From NCBI GenBank assembly GCA_951406725.2, contig OX597839.1, positions 16,802,001-16,866,000 on the forward strand: a stretch of DNA of 64,000 nt, in the 5' to 3' direction. Below the pieces are notes generated by a model that ran no database searches, was not told the DNA's origin, and was given only the letters and a program-made list of their open reading frames with translations. The position numbers were made by a program, and so were the translations under genes. Below are positions 39,603 through 54,060 of the stretch, one piece after another; position 1 is the stretch's first letter; every line of letters starts with the position of its first letter. The stretch is from Octopus vulgaris (Eukaryota).

Positions 39603-40224
39603 CCCGGCAGGACAAGTGAGTCCATAACCCGTGGCCTGCTACATGGGATGGAGCCGGCCTACGTATGCATACCTTCCCTTCTTGGGACACAAAACTCTAC
39701 TTGTGAAGACGTGTTGAGGCAAGTGAGGATCAGAATCGAAATCGATCAATGGAAATTGCGGATGTGCTACCAGTGCCGGTGGCATGTCAAAACTCTGCTT
39801 GTGAAGACCCGTTGAGGCAAGTGAGGATCAGAATCGATATCGATCAATGGAAATCGATCAATGGAAATTGCAGATGTGTTACCAGTGCCGGTGGCATGTA
39901 AGAGAACTTTCCGTTTCGCGACCGTTGCCAGCACCGCCCCGTTTCGTGTCCGTTGCCAGCCTCGCCTGGCCCTCGTGCCGGTGGCACATAAAAAGCACCA
40001 TCTGTTCGTGGCCGTTTGCCAGCTCTGTCTGGCACCAGTGCGGGTGGCACGTAAAAAGCACCCACTACACTCACGGAGTGGTTGGCGTTAGGAAGGGCAT
40101 CCAGCCGTAGAAACACTGCCAGATTTGACTTGGCTTGATGAAGCCTTCTGGCTTCACAGACCCCAGTAGAACCGTCCAACCCATACTAGCATGGAGAACG
40201 GACGCTAAACGATGATGATGATGA
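39603..40224 (+). mobile_element. RTE 3' end copy, third subfamily, in (TA)n
   Basis: Ends ...CATGGAGAACGGACGCTAAAC(GAT)n. Internal duplications; TA flanks. Confidence 0.88.
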
Positions 40225-40328
40225 TATATATATATGGTACTGTTCTGTGAGAAAAAAGTCAACTAAAAAAAACTCCATCTAGTGTGAGATAAATATTATT
40301 TATTTAAAGGACACAATACATGTGTTTA

Positions 40329-40385
40329 TGTGCTACTAATAGTTTCATATGTCGACAAATATCTCAAACATATTCATTAGGCACA
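40329..40385 (-). ncRNA. Degenerate hammerhead (G5A) in a PLE pLTR relic
   Basis: UGUGC-CUAAUGA-AUAUGU...ACAUAU-GAAA-CUAUUAG-UA^GCACA. Confidence 0.7.
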
Positions 40386-40684
40386 AACCACTTATTCATA
40401 ATGAAGTAAAAAAATTGAATAAGTGAAGAAATGTGAAAAAAATTGAGAAGGCAGCATATAGAAGACATGGAAGGTTAAGAAACATCTATGAATGTGATGA
40501 ACAATAGGTGACACAAAATATATTTTGTTAGACTAATGATTATGGATTAAATATCTTTAATCTGTCTCAGACCTGTCTTTTGAGTACATTATTCTAAGTG
40601 ACCAGACATAGCTTCTTTTGGAACATGACACTGTTGGAATACACACACACACACACACAGATAAATATAGAAATATATATATAA

Positions 40685-40720
<36 letters not shown>

Positions 40721-41699
40721 TCATATAGACATATATATATATATATATATATATATGTTATATATAAAATAATGAAGGTGACTATACACAATATAAAACC
40801 AAAAAGGAAAAATTCAATTATCACTAATTGTGACTGAGGGTGTATGGTAGCACCTACATTGCTAGAAATAAAAGTTAAAAACCCTTAGAGCCACAAGAAA
40901 GCACATTTTTATACAGTGACATACATACACATATATAATATATATATAAATATATTTATATATCACCTCTATCTCTCCCTCACCCTTTCACTCACCTCAC
41001 TCACTATAATTGTCTCCTCCTCCTGCTTCTCTGTAATCTCTCCTCCAACCATCTGTTCTTCATTTCCTGAATCTTCTTCAATGACAGAAGAAGAATAAAA
41101 TACAAAATGATAGTCAAGACCATTTCATTGAGGAGACTGGCAGGAAAAAATCGAAGATGGAAGTATGAATAATTTAAGACTAAGTCAGACAGAGTGGCCT
41201 TAACAACAACAGCAAAGGAAAAAAAGAAAAAAAGCTACTACTGCTACTGTGACCACTACCACTACAGCTGTTGCTCTTGCTGCTGCTGCTGCTACTACTA
41301 CTACTACCACCACCACCACCACTACTACGAATACTAGTGGTAGCAGCAGTAATGAGAACAACACCAATAACAACAACAGTATGAACCTCAGGGTGCCATC
41401 ATAAAGGTTGCTGAATTGCATTATCTAAATTGCCATGTCCTTACATAAAATGGTAGGATGAGATTTGAGGGAGATTTTGCTACTATTTCTAGCAGGTCAT
41501 GCAGCAACACAGAAGCTCCCTTCATCAGTTGTCTATTGAAGACCTAGGTGTGATTTTCATAACTAGTTGACTTTTTTTTTGCCCTTGCACTGCTTCAGCC
41601 TCAGAAAGTTATTGCACTCATCACCATTGTATATATATATATAACTCCCACAAAGTATTGGAATTGTTGGATCATGGGTCCTCTTTGGACATTCTCAAT

Positions 41700-41920
41700 A
41701 ATAATGGTTTCAAATTTTGGTACAAGGCCAGCAATTTTGGGGGAGAGGGAATGTTAATAACATCGACCTCAGTACTCAACTGGTACTTAATTTATTGACC
41801 TTGAAATGAAGAAAAGGCAGAGTTGACCTCGGCAGAATTTGAACTCAGAATGGGATGAAATGCTGCTAAGCATTTTAATGAGGGAGCCAATGATTCTGCC
41901 AGTTCGCTACCTGAATAATA

Positions 41921-41960
<40 letters not shown>

Positions 41961-41970
41961 TAGTAATAAT

Positions 41971-42003
<33 letters not shown>

Positions 42004-43560
42004 TTAGCGTCCGTTCTCCATGCTAGCATGGGTTGGACGGTTCAACTGGGGTCTGTGAAGCTGGAAGGCTTCATCAGGCCCAGTCAGATCTGGCAGTGTT
42101 TCTACGGCTGGATGCCCTTCCTAACGCCAACCTCTCCGTGAGTGTAGTGGGTGCTTTTTACGTGCCACCCGCAGGCGAGGCTGGCAACGGACACGAACGG
42201 ATGGTGCTTTTACATGCCACCGACACGGGGGCCAGACAGGGCTGGCAAACGGCCACGAACGGATGGTGCTTTTACGTGTCACCGGCACAATAGCAATAAT
42301 AATAGTAATAATAATAATGATAGTAATGATGATGATGATGATGATAATAATAGTTTCAAATTTTGACACAAGGTTAGCAATTTTTGGGGAGGGGTTAAGT
42401 TGATTAGATCGACCCCAGTGCTCAACTGGTACCTATTTTATTGACCCTGAGAGGATGAAAGGCAAAGTCAACCTTGGCAGAAGTTGAACTCAGGACATAT
42501 AAGAACAGATGAAATAATGATGATGTTGATGATAATAATAATAATAATAATCTCAAATTTTGGCACAAGGTCAGCAATTTTGGGGGAGGTGTAAGTCAAT
42601 TACATTGACCCCAGTACTCAACTGGTACTCTTTTTATTGACTCCAAAAGAATGAAAGGCAAAGTTGACCTCTGCCAAATTTGAACCCAGAATATAAAGAG
42701 GGATGAAATGTTTAATGGCATTTCGTTGGGTGTGCTTGTTAGCTCATTACCTCACCATCCTTGGTGATATCAGCATTATGAATATTTAGAATTAAATTAG
42801 TCATGCAATTTTGTTGCTTCCAATGAATAAGTACACACTCTTTTGTTATTGTGTATCAGGAGAGTCATTATGCCATTTAAAAACATGTGCTGATTCAACT
42901 TGCAATGCTTTTTGTCAACACAAAGCTATTATATAAGTTACTTACCCAAGGTCCTATACAGTGTGACTGAACCCAGAACCATGGAGTTTGGAAGCAAACA
43001 TCTTACCACACAGCCATGAATGCATCTATTTCCTTATCATTTTTTCTACTTTTAAGTTAGAGGAAAATGTTTGTGGTCATTACAGGTAGCACAAGTACAT
43101 TTATTCTTTTCTACTCTAGGCACAAGGCCTGAAATTTTGGGGGAGGGGGCCAGACCCCAGTATGTAACTGGTACTTAATTTATCGACCCTGAAAAGATGA
43201 AAGGCAAAGTTGACCTTAGTGGAATTTGAACTTGGAATGTAAAGACACGAAATACCGCTAAGCATTTTGCCCGGCGTGCTGACGTTTCTGCCAGCTCAAC
43301 ACCTTTCAAGTATATTTATTCATCATATCCATTTCACTTCCACTTTTCCATGCTTGCATGGGTCAGACGAAATTAGTTGAGGCAGATTTTTTATGGCTGG
43401 ATGCCCTTCCTCTTGCCAGCCATTACTTGATTCCATGCAAGGTAAAATATTTTTGTGGCTAAACATGTTTTTTACGAAAGGCTGAAAAGCAAACAACACC
43501 ACTTGTATGGCAGTAATGCTCCTTTACATCTATCACATGATGTGAAGACAAGGGTACACA
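41700..43560 (-). mobile_element. Cluster of family A and B SINEs and RTE 3' ends (RTE piece 41975-42288)
   Basis: Same diagnostic blocks as the other copies, separated by (AAT)n and (CAT)n. Confidence 0.75.
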
Positions 43561-43675
43561 AAACACACACACACTAATATCTACCTACACACATGTGCAC
43601 ACACCCATGTACTCACAAACACACAATGTGCACACATAGATATACACACACACACACACATGCACACACACACGT

Positions 43676-43709
<34 letters not shown>

Positions 43710-43844
43710 CAACACACACACACACACACACACACACAATATGCACGTATGATGGAATTCCTTGTTGAAGACAATGTCTGAGTGTTCAGTTTTTGCTGAA
43801 TGACTTGCCATTTGTTCATAGTGATCGAATATATGTGCTGTGCA

Positions 43845-44045
43845 TTAGCTGACTCCTTCCATCAAACTGATATTGCCTGTATGGGTGCACAAGTGTGTCA
43901 CATGTAATACTTCGAAATGATTGCAGAGCCATGTGTGAAGTGAAGTGTTTTGCTCAAGAACACAATGCACTGCCTGCATCCAGGAATTGAACCCATGATC
44001 TAGTAATTGTGAATGCAATACCGTAACCACTAGGCCATGTACCTT
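43845..44045 (-). mobile_element. tRNA-derived SINE family C
   Basis: TGGCCTAGTGG A box, GGTTCAATTCC B box, CTTGAGCAAAACACTT. Related copies at ~53200-53510 and ~54140-54330. Confidence 0.65.
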
Positions 44046-44151
44046 CACAAATATACACACACACACATGATGGGCTTCTTTCAGTTTCCATCAGCCAAAT
44101 CCACTCTTAGGACTTCATTAGCCTTGGGCTATGATAGAAGATACTTGTCCT

Positions 44152-44385
44152 TAAGGTGGTGAGCTGGCAGAAACGTTAGCATGCCGGGCGAAATGATTAG
44201 CGGTATTTCGTCAGCTGTTATGTTCTGAGTTCAAATTCTGCCGAGGTCGACTTTGCCTTTCATCCTTTTGGGGTTGATAAATTAAATACCAGTTATGCAC
44301 TGGGGTCAATGTAATCGACTTAATCCCTTTGTCTGTCCTTGTTTGTCCTTTCTGTGTTTAGCCCCTTGTGGGCAATAAAGAAATA
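44152..44385 (+). mobile_element. Full-length family A SINE nested in a minus-strand family B SINE (44065-44475)
   Basis: Host SINE sequence resumes after the insert. AAGATACTT direct repeat at both junctions. Confidence 0.8.
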
Positions 44386-45449
44386 AGATACTTTCCTTCG
44401 TGCCACACTGTAGGACTGAAACCGAAATCACATGGATGGGAAGCAAGTTTCTTAACTACACAGTCATACCTGTACCCAACTATACTAGTAATCAATAATT
44501 AACTACACTCGTTAAACATTAAAGAAAACAGTGAAAACAAACATCTTAAAGCATAGAGCTGAATAAACAAATTAGACCCAATATATTAGGGTGTTAGACA
44601 AGATTAATCCTTTTGATAGCAACCTGCCTGAGATTCCTTGTGATCCTATGAGACAAACTTCTCATCTAAAGTGAGTTAAATTAAAACCTGCCATCAAAAT
44701 TTAATGTTAACTTATGTTTCAGAACTCAAGCTTAATGATGACAAAGTTATTTTACTAAATTATTCATTATTTTCAAAATTGATTGATCAAAGTCAGTATA
44801 ATTTAATAGAAATTTGGTAATGAGATGAGTAAATTAATGTCTGTCATTTAAGCTGTCTTCCAAGAACATTATCCTACTTTCAACTGACATCTAATTTTGT
44901 TAGAAGCATAGTTTCTTAGTCAGTTCAGAGTTGCCTCTCTTTGGTATCTGGTGCTGATGAGAACAAATAATTCAAAATACATGTAGCCATCAGTGCAAGA
45001 GAAGACACTTTCAGCTGAGTATGATGTTTTAACACTTTATTATTTCAAACAAAAAATTTTTTTTCCATAACAAAGTGTAACGAAAAGCATAATTCTGTTT
45101 GTTTCAATCATTTGACTGTAGCCATACTGTGGCATCAGCTTCTGTGAGTGATTCATTCACCTAAGTCCAATGTTTATTTTATCGATTGGTATATATTTTA
45201 TTAGCTTAAGAAAGACAAAGGACCAAGTGTACCAAGGCCAGATTCATAATTATCACATGAGGTGATCTAATGAAATATCACAAAATATTTTAACCGGATG
45301 CTCTACTGATTCTCTAGATATTTTGTTATTCTTGATTTAGAAAAAATAGGGAACTAAAGAAATAGCTCTTTCTAATCTTGGCGCAAGGCAACCAATTTTG
45401 AGGGGAGAGGGTACATTGATTACATCAGCCTCAGCATTTGACTGACATA

Positions 45450-45669
45450 CTCTTTTACTCTTTTACTTTTTCAGTCATTTGACTGTGGTCATGCTGGAGC
45501 ACTGCCTTTAGTCGAGCAAATCGACCCCAGGACTTATTTTTTATAAGCCTAGTACTTATTCTATCGATCTCTTTTGCCAAACCGCTAAGTTACAGGGACG
45601 TAAATACACCAGCATTGGTTGTCAAGTGATGTTGGGGGACAAACACAGACACACAAACATATACACACG

Positions 45670-45731
<62 letters not shown>

Positions 45732-45890
45732 TACATATATACGACGGGCTTCTTTCAGTTTCCGTCTACCAAATCCACTCACAAGGCTTTGGTCAGCCCA
45801 AGGCTATAGTAGAAGACATTTGTCCAAGGTGCTACGTAGTGGGACTGAACCTGGAACCATGTGGTTCATAAGCAAGCTACTTACCACTGC
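45450..45890 (-). mobile_element. Full-length family B SINE with central TA/CA microsatellite
   Basis: tRNA-like head, core-like motif, (AAAAGAGT)n tail. Similar copy at 51240-51595. Confidence 0.8.
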
Positions 45891-46151
45891 CAGCCCATCA
45901 TCTTAACTTCAAAAGAAATAATTCTTTCTTATTTTCACACATGGCCAGCAATTTTACTGCGAGGGGCAAGTCAATTACTTCAACTCCCAGTACATTTATC
46001 CCCTAAAAGGATAAAAGGCAAAGTTGACCTCAACAGAATTTGAACTTAGAGTGTAAAGCTGGAAGAAATGCCACTTAGCATTTTGCCCACTATGCTAACA
46101 ATTGTGCCAGTTTGTTACCTTAACTACAGAAATAATAAAACAGAATATTTA

Positions 46152-46815
46152 TATTAGGGTTGTCAGATAAATTCCTCCGTTTTTATCTGTTTTAATTCTT
46201 ATTTGTCAACAACAGTTTTAACAAATCAGTCAATAATATATTCTCCTTCATTGTTCATGACTTCTTGTCAATATTCGACAAGCTTGTCAATGCCTTGATG
46301 ATAGAAATCAGTGGCTCTTGAAGTGAAGAATTCATTGAGCTATGTTGTCAGCTCTACATCATTATTGAATGAAATGCCTCACAGACTTTTGGAGAGTGAC
46401 CAAAAGAAAAAAAAGAAAAAGAGATAATCTGAAGGTGCTATACCAGGAGAATATGATTGATGTAGTAGAACTTCCCAAATGAGTTCTTGAATAACATTTT
46501 TGGTCAAATTAGTATCATGGTGGTGTGAGTGTCATTGTGGTGCTGAAGTATTCTGTGTTGTAAACCAGATTGTTTGGATGTCACTCATCAAGTAAAGGTG
46601 ATGGTACCATGGATATATTCCATCTTCTGGGCCAGTTTCCAAGTGGATAAACATGGATCCTCATGGATGAGTTGGTTCAAGATCATTGAATTGAACAGGT
46701 TGGCCAAGATGTGGAGTGTTTGTGAGGTTAAATTTTCTCTCCTTGAGGCATGAAAACCATTTCTGTGCAGTTCTTTCAGTTCTTTCACCTTCTCCATACA
46801 CAGTGCAAATGTCTC
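46152..46815 (-). pseudogene. Decayed mariner element (3' TIR plus transposase)
   Basis: YSPGIAPSDY (YSPDLAPSD-like), FF.SR..DFY..GI.KL, TA-TTAGGGTTGTC terminus. A 5' part may extend to ~47235. Confidence 0.8.
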
Positions 46816-47582
46816 AAGTGGCTTTGGCAGCTTTGGAACCTTAAATGAAATTAAAGAGAAGCAGGCGTTGGATTTGCTCAATTTTATTCCACAAGCTCAA
46901 CGGTGGTGCCCCCAGCATGGCCACAGCTTTCAGGCCAAAACATTTTTAAGGATTTTAAGGGATTAACCATCAGAGCACAAACTGCTCCTCACAAATACAC
47001 GTTTGTGAGATGGTTGTGAAATGTAAACAGTTTTGAATAAGAACCTGAAAGAGAAGTATGAAAATGCAATGTGCACAAAATGCACACTGAATTCGCAAAA
47101 TGGAAGAGAAGAATAAAAATGCAATGGAGGAGGAAAATAAAAAAGTTATATGATGGTCTGCATGCTATTTCTGACACCACTATCACACAGCTTTGCTGTA
47201 ATTTTCTTGTTTTTCTACTGGGCACTTCATTGTCATATGTCTGAAAGGAGGAAAAATTTATTCAAATTTTGAAAATGATAAACAAAGTTGCAGGGAAAGA
47301 CAGAACAACAAAAGAAAAAAAAAGAAATATAAAACACTATGATAAAAATATTTTTCACATTAATTCAAGAAACAAACAAATTTATTAGACAACTGAACAG
47401 ATTCAGTGAAGAGAGCCAAGTTAGTATGTCATGAAGAGATGGAAGTCCATCACATATTTATGGGCTGGTCCCTATGTTAGAGCTTCCAACTTTATTTTTA
47501 TTCTAATCAGTAAGAACCCCAACTTTCTCAAAGGTCAGTTTGAATCTCATTCCTTGCTTCCTATTCAAAAATAGAAATTTCT

Positions 47583-47975
47583 TCAATGAAGGGAAATTCT
47601 GCATTGGTTTCCGATACATTTGTCATAAAATTTGATTTTATATCCCTTTCTTGATTGAGTGGACCAGAAATGGAACCTCCTGCAGAATTGCAACCATCTG
47701 AATGAACTAATAAAAATTTTGGTTTCGTTAACAAAGAATGATTGAGCTTGTGCTAGCTTTTGGTTGAAATTGATCGCCTTATTGCATTGCATTGAGAACC
47801 AAGTCAAAAATCTACCATTCACCACTATTTCCTGTGTTTCAACAATATAACTATTTTTGTAAGCTATTCTTATATTATGGTTTCCGCTGTTATCAGAAAA
47901 CTGTCTTGTCTTTCTGATCACTGACGCAAACAAGTTCCCCAGACTGCCAAAACTACAGTATGTTGAATTTGTCAA
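47583..47975 (-). pseudogene. Decayed pogo/Tigger-like CENP-B HTH
   Basis: LTWFSMQ...KLAQAQSF...FISSFRWLQFCRRF resembles WF...KA..F..S.GWL..F..R. Confidence 0.45.
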
Positions 47976-48220
47976 TAAGTCAATATGTATCCAAAAAAGC
48001 TTGGCTCCAAAAGACTTTTGTCACTGTGCCAATTGCATCACTGCTTGCTACAAAGTTCACTTTTAATCTTCAGTTGAGCAGAAGTTCTATCATATCTCTT
48101 TGACAAGAACAAACTGCTTCAAAAATAAAAATGAAAAAATAAAATAAAAAAGGAAGGAGGAAAGCGAGATCTCTTTGGCAGAATGTATATTATACAGGCT
48201 TTACCTCTCAGCTCTGCCGC

Positions 48221-48452
48221 CTTCTTCTTCTTCTTCTTCTTCTTCTTCTTCTTCTTCTTCTTCTTCTTCTTCTTCTTCTTCTTCTTCTTCTTCTTCTTCT
48301 TCTTCTTCTTCTTCTTCTTCTTCTTCTTCTTCTTCTTCTTCTTCTTCTTCTTCTTCTTCTTCTTCTTCTTCTTCTTCTTCTTCTTCTTCTTCTTCTCCTT
48401 CTCCTTCTCCTTCTCCTTCTCCTTCTTCTCCTTCTTCTCCTTCTTCTTCTTC
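48221..48452. repeat. (CTT)n/(GAA)n tract, ~230 bp
   Basis: Directly visible. Confidence 0.98.
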
Positions 48453-49531
48453 TTGCTGCTACGACCACCACCACTAGTAGTAGAAGTAACAGCTCAGAAA
48501 TAGAAAAATATAGATTGATAAAGAGGATGAGAGAAGGAGAGAGAGAGAGAAGGAGAGAGGGTAAAGAGAGAAACAATCTGAATGCTCATGTTTTTCTTTT
48601 GCTTTTGCTTCTTATTTTTTGTGCAACAAAACAAATAATATTAATGTTAATCGTTCCGTGATTTTTAAAGAAAATAAAAATAAAATAAAATAAAACAAAA
48701 CAAAACACTACAGAATAAGCTCAAATAAAAACAGTGAAATAATTTAAAAAAAAAAGAAACAAACAAACAAAAATTGTTGCTGAAAAAGCAGAAGGAGACC
48801 CTGAAAATGGAGGACGAAAAAATATAAAAGAAATGAACGCAAACCAACACTCATGAATGCATATACTGTAGCATTTATGCTGAAAGTTCACCAGTTCTCA
48901 CTAGTCTGCGAAAGTCTTTGAAGATTTTTATGTTGGTAAAGATTTCAATTGGACTGTCTTTGATTTTTCAGACAGAGATAAGTTGTCAGTGAAATAGAAA
49001 TTCTGAAATCTGTTCAACTGGGGAAGAAACCGAAAAATTTATAAAAATAAAAAATAATAAAACAAATAAACAAATTTATACATATATTATGTATGTTTGT
49101 ATAATACATACATACATACACAAATATACATATATATATATGTGTATATATATATGCAAATATATGTAAATGTATATGTATGTGTGTGTATGGAGATATA
49201 TGTGTATGTATATATACACACAAATATATATATATATATACATATATGTATACATGTATGCACATATACATACACATATATGTGTGTATATATATATGTG
49301 TGTGTGTGTATAAAGGGAAAGGATCAGAGGTCCTTTCCAAATCATAGGCTCTTAAGACTAGTTTTCTGGATTCTATGATATATATTCACACATGCGCATG
49401 CATACATACACACACACATGCATAGACAGATATACAATTATGTGTATATATATGCATTATACATGCATATATATGTATGTAGATATATATATATATATAT
49501 ATATACATGTATATGTATATTTACATATACG

Positions 49532-49564
<33 letters not shown>

Positions 49565-49697
49565 TTGTATTTATATATATGTATATTTGTATATATATAT
49601 ATGTATATATATATGTATTTATATATATGTATATATATATGTATTTATATATATGTATATATATATGTATTTATATATATGTATATATATATGTATT

Positions 49698-49729
<32 letters not shown>

Positions 49730-49765
49730 CATAAATATGTATTTATATATATGTATATATATATG

Positions 49766-49817
<52 letters not shown>

Positions 49818-52800
49818 TATATATATATGTATATATATACATATGTATATATATTCATGTATGTGTGTATATATATATATATATATACACACACATGTAT
49901 ATATACATATATATGTACATATATATATATATATATAAATATATATATATTTATATATTTATGTATATGTGTGCATATATATTTGTGTGTGTGTGTGTCA
50001 TATATATCTATGTGTGTGTGTGTGTGTATATCCCTATCTGACTTCACATGATGGTTTCAAATAAGCACCATTCTCATAAAATCAGTTTTGTTCATTTCCA
50101 GTCTTCCATGAAAATCATATCTGGTCATGGGGAAACATAAGCATGCTTGGAAAGAGATGAGGGTTAGTGACAGGAAAGGCATCCAGCTGTAAAAACAATC
50201 TGCTGCAACAAGTTCTGTCTGATCTATGTAAGCATGGAAAAGTGGATGTTATATTATGATAATGATACACACACAATACATACATACACACTCACATACT
50301 CACCCGCATGCACACACGTGCACAAAGAATTAAGTAAAAAATCTGCATTTTTTCCCTGAACTTTATTTTTCTGATTATATTATGATGGAAACCAGCTTAT
50401 CCACAGTTAAGTTTCTGAGTGTAACCTTACATAAAACCAAAAGACTGTACGATTTGATTATAGATATAAGTTTTTTAATAGAAACAATATCAAGATAAGC
50501 TATATTTGTTGTAAAATTTTGCAAATTCTATAAATGTTTTAATTCCAGAAACCTTTCCAATAGTAATAATGATATGCTTCAGTTGTTTCTAATTTAATTA
50601 CTCCAAACAATTGCCTTATTAATAGTAATTGTCTTTTGAAGGTTTTAATGTATTAATAATGTCCCACCTGCCAAATTATATGTTTGACCAGGTTGCAAGG
50701 GTAAAATCCCTTTTGTCTAGGGTGGGGCTACAATAGAGAGGGATGAAACTTTATGTTGGGAGATGAGAGATTAAAGTATGAGGGAAGGGACCAGAACAGA
50801 ACAGGTTTCTTGCTGTTTAAGAATTACATGGCCACTCAAATCCTTAAAGAGAGGGAAGTAACTGGGTTGGAGTTGGACAGAGATAAAAATAGTGATGATG
50901 TGGTGTCAGCATCAGCCTTGAATGAGACACCTGTTCATTGCAGGGTTCACAGCCGATGATTTTGAAAGGAGGGGCAAGTCAGTTACATTGATCCCAGTAC
51001 TTGACTGCTTCTTTATTTTATCAATCCTGAAGAGATAAAAAGCAGGATTTGAACTCAGGGTGTAAAGAATCAGAAGAAATGCTGCCAGACATTTAGTCCA
51101 AAGTGCTAACGATTCTGCCAGCTCATTACTTCGATGTCTAATAATCACATACCTTCTTTATCTTCAGTTGAGGTGACATTCATTAATACTTCTTGTTATA
51201 CTGAAGCAATTATGTTAACTTTTATATATTCTTTTATCCTTTACTTGTTTCAGTCATATGACTGTGACCATACTGGAACACTACCTTTAGTCGAACAAAT
51301 CGACCCCAGGACTTATTCTATTGGTCTCTTTTGCCGAACTGCTAAGTTACAGGGATGTGAACACACCAATATTGGTTGTTAAGTGATGGTAGGGGGACAA
51401 ACACAGACACACACACAAATATATACATATACATATATATGATGGGCTTCTTTCAGTTTCTGTTACCAAATCCACCCACAAGTCTTTGGTCGGCTTGAGG
51501 CTATAGTAGAAGATAGTTGCCCAAGGTGTTACGCAATGGGACTGAACCAAGAACCATGTGGTTGGGAAAGCAAGCTTCTTACCACACAGCCATTCCTTTA
51601 CCTATAAGAGATTCATAGCTACTCAAATCCTTAAAGAGAGGGTGGAAGTAACTTGGTTGGAGCTGAACAGAGATAAATGTTGATGAGGTGTCAACATTGG
51701 CCTTGAATGAGACACACGTTCATTTTAATAGACACACAGGTACAGTAAGCTATTCGTGTTGTAAACATTAAGTTTCATTAATATTGTAACACCTGCAATC
51801 CTTACAACAACAATAATGTAGGCAGCCCCATCTCTCTACTTGTAACTGTATAATCACAAGCAATATCCACCTTAATGGTAATTGCACAAAAGTTCAACCT
51901 GACAATAACAATGTGCCCTTGGAGTTATATAGGCTTAACAAATAACTACTTTAAAGTTCGTTTTTATCAACATATTCTTACATTTAAGAAACTTGGAGGA
52001 AAATTTGCCTCACACCTCTCTAGAAAAGTCTGGTTTTTAAAGTAAACAGGATTTGTAGAGTTAAGAAACTAAAGGACAAATCTTGGTGATGCTTCTTTTT
52101 ATGTATATAAGTAATTTTCATTCAAATCTACACTGAATGCTTTGATTAAGTGAGAAATTATTGATATTATTTCACGATGACAACAGATTGAATGAAATGC
52201 TCAGAAATGTTAGACTACTGCAGGCATTTTGGCAGTTCACCTAAAATACTTTTCCAACACTGCTACCTAACTCAATCCAGTCTACACCCTCACATATATA
52301 CTGTAATTTACACGATATCACACATAAACTTACACACGCACACACACAACTTACACACACAAACACACAAGCTAGCAGGACAAAAACATTGGACAATACT
52401 TGCATTATATTTACTCACACACACCCATAATCATTCATGTAACCTAACATGATAAATTGCCTACATACAAACACACACATATTAATAAAATAAAACCACA
52501 TACGTAAATTAACTCTATAAACAACACTCATATATTCACATACACAAACACAATAAACCATACACAAAGACACACATACACACACAGTCACAATTTTCAT
52601 ACAAAACTTTCATACTACAATATATAAACCTTGCATAACCAAAGTTAGCACATAGACACATATTAACCATTCCTGCCTGCATACACTTGCACAAATACAT
52701 TACTGTCCACACAATACCCAAACCTACATACAAACACACACACACACACACAGCTATCTGACCAATGGATACACAAAGGTGAACAAAGGTACATATATAC

Positions 52801-52966
52801 ATAGGCTTAGGAACAGAGGGTGTAAGGGGAGCAAGTGCATCCCCTAAAAGTTTTGGCGGGGCAATGAAAAACACATTGAACATCCTGTCTTGGACTGGGT
52901 TTGCATCCCCTAAATAATTTCCTTTTCACACTTATGTACGTATATAAAGTATATGCATATGAATGC

Positions 52967-53007
<41 letters not shown>

Positions 53008-53619
53008 ATCAATATGCCACACACTATCAAATCCTATCCACTATTGATGTAATGCAATTATGAATTTTACTTCAAGCCAACTAAGTAAACCTTAGTAGAA
53101 TCCACAAACACACTTATACCCTCATCTCAACACTATATCTTACTACCATATATACACCCATGTACATACATGCATGACTAACTAACTTCATTGGCACTCT
53201 TTTGGTTATAACATCAAGTGTTCCACTTGATCTGATCGATGGAACAGCCTGTTTGTGAAATTAAAATGCAAGTGGCTGAGCACTCCACAGACATGCATAC
53301 CCTTAACGTAGTTCTCAGGGAGATTCAACATGACAGAGAATGTGACAAGGTTGGCCCCTTTTGAAATACAAACACTACTCATTTTGCCAATTGGGTGAAC
53401 TGGAGCAATGTGAAATAAAGTGTCTTGCTCAAGGGCATGGTGTGCCACCAGGAATTGGAATGATGGCCTTTTGATAGCCAAATGCTCTCACCACTAAGCC
53501 ATGGACCTTCACAATAAACTGGCACAGATTCACTTTTACTTCATATAAGCACATAAACCCATACACATTAATATGCACATCATGTGTATGGATGAGAACA
53601 GCTGCATAAAAAAGTGGCG

Positions 53620-54060
53620 AGCTCTAATTGTGGAGGGTACCTATTGTAGGGATAGGCTTAGGAAGACATGGTATGAAGTGGTGAGAAAGGATCTTTGGAT
53701 GCTGGGCCTCACTGAGAAAATGACAATGGACTGGGAAATGTAGCGATTTGCTGTACTTGATAAGATTCATCAAGCTAAGTAAAATCGCTGTCTTCCACAC
53801 ATACAGGCTTGTCATTTCAGGTGTTGGTGTCACTTAAAATGCACCCATGCCAGTGCTGTGTTAATGCACCTGTGCTGGTGGCATGTAAAAAGTACCCAGC
53901 ATACTCTGTTAAGTGGTTGGCATTAAGAAGGGTATCCAGCTGTAGAAACCATGCCACAACAGACAATTGGAGTCTGGACAGCTCCCTGCTAACCAGCTCC
54001 ATGTCAACCCCTCCAACCCATGCCAGCATGGAGATCAGGTGTTAAACAATGATGATGATT
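53620..54060 (+). mobile_element. Old RTE 3' fragment
   Basis: Diverged GRPRKTW-type coding end and the shared RTE 3' terminus. Another copy lies at 54530-54750. Confidence 0.7.

Noticed and set aside
44949-44989. CUGAUGA-GAA...UUC-AAAA hammerhead-like string
   Set aside because: It needs G12A plus an offset stem I, which is compatible with chance.
48860-49017. Minus-strand exon after the strong acceptor TTTCTTCCCCAG (also one near 40630)
   Set aside because: Frames close quickly and no peptide is recognisable. It could be a UTR exon but is unsupported.
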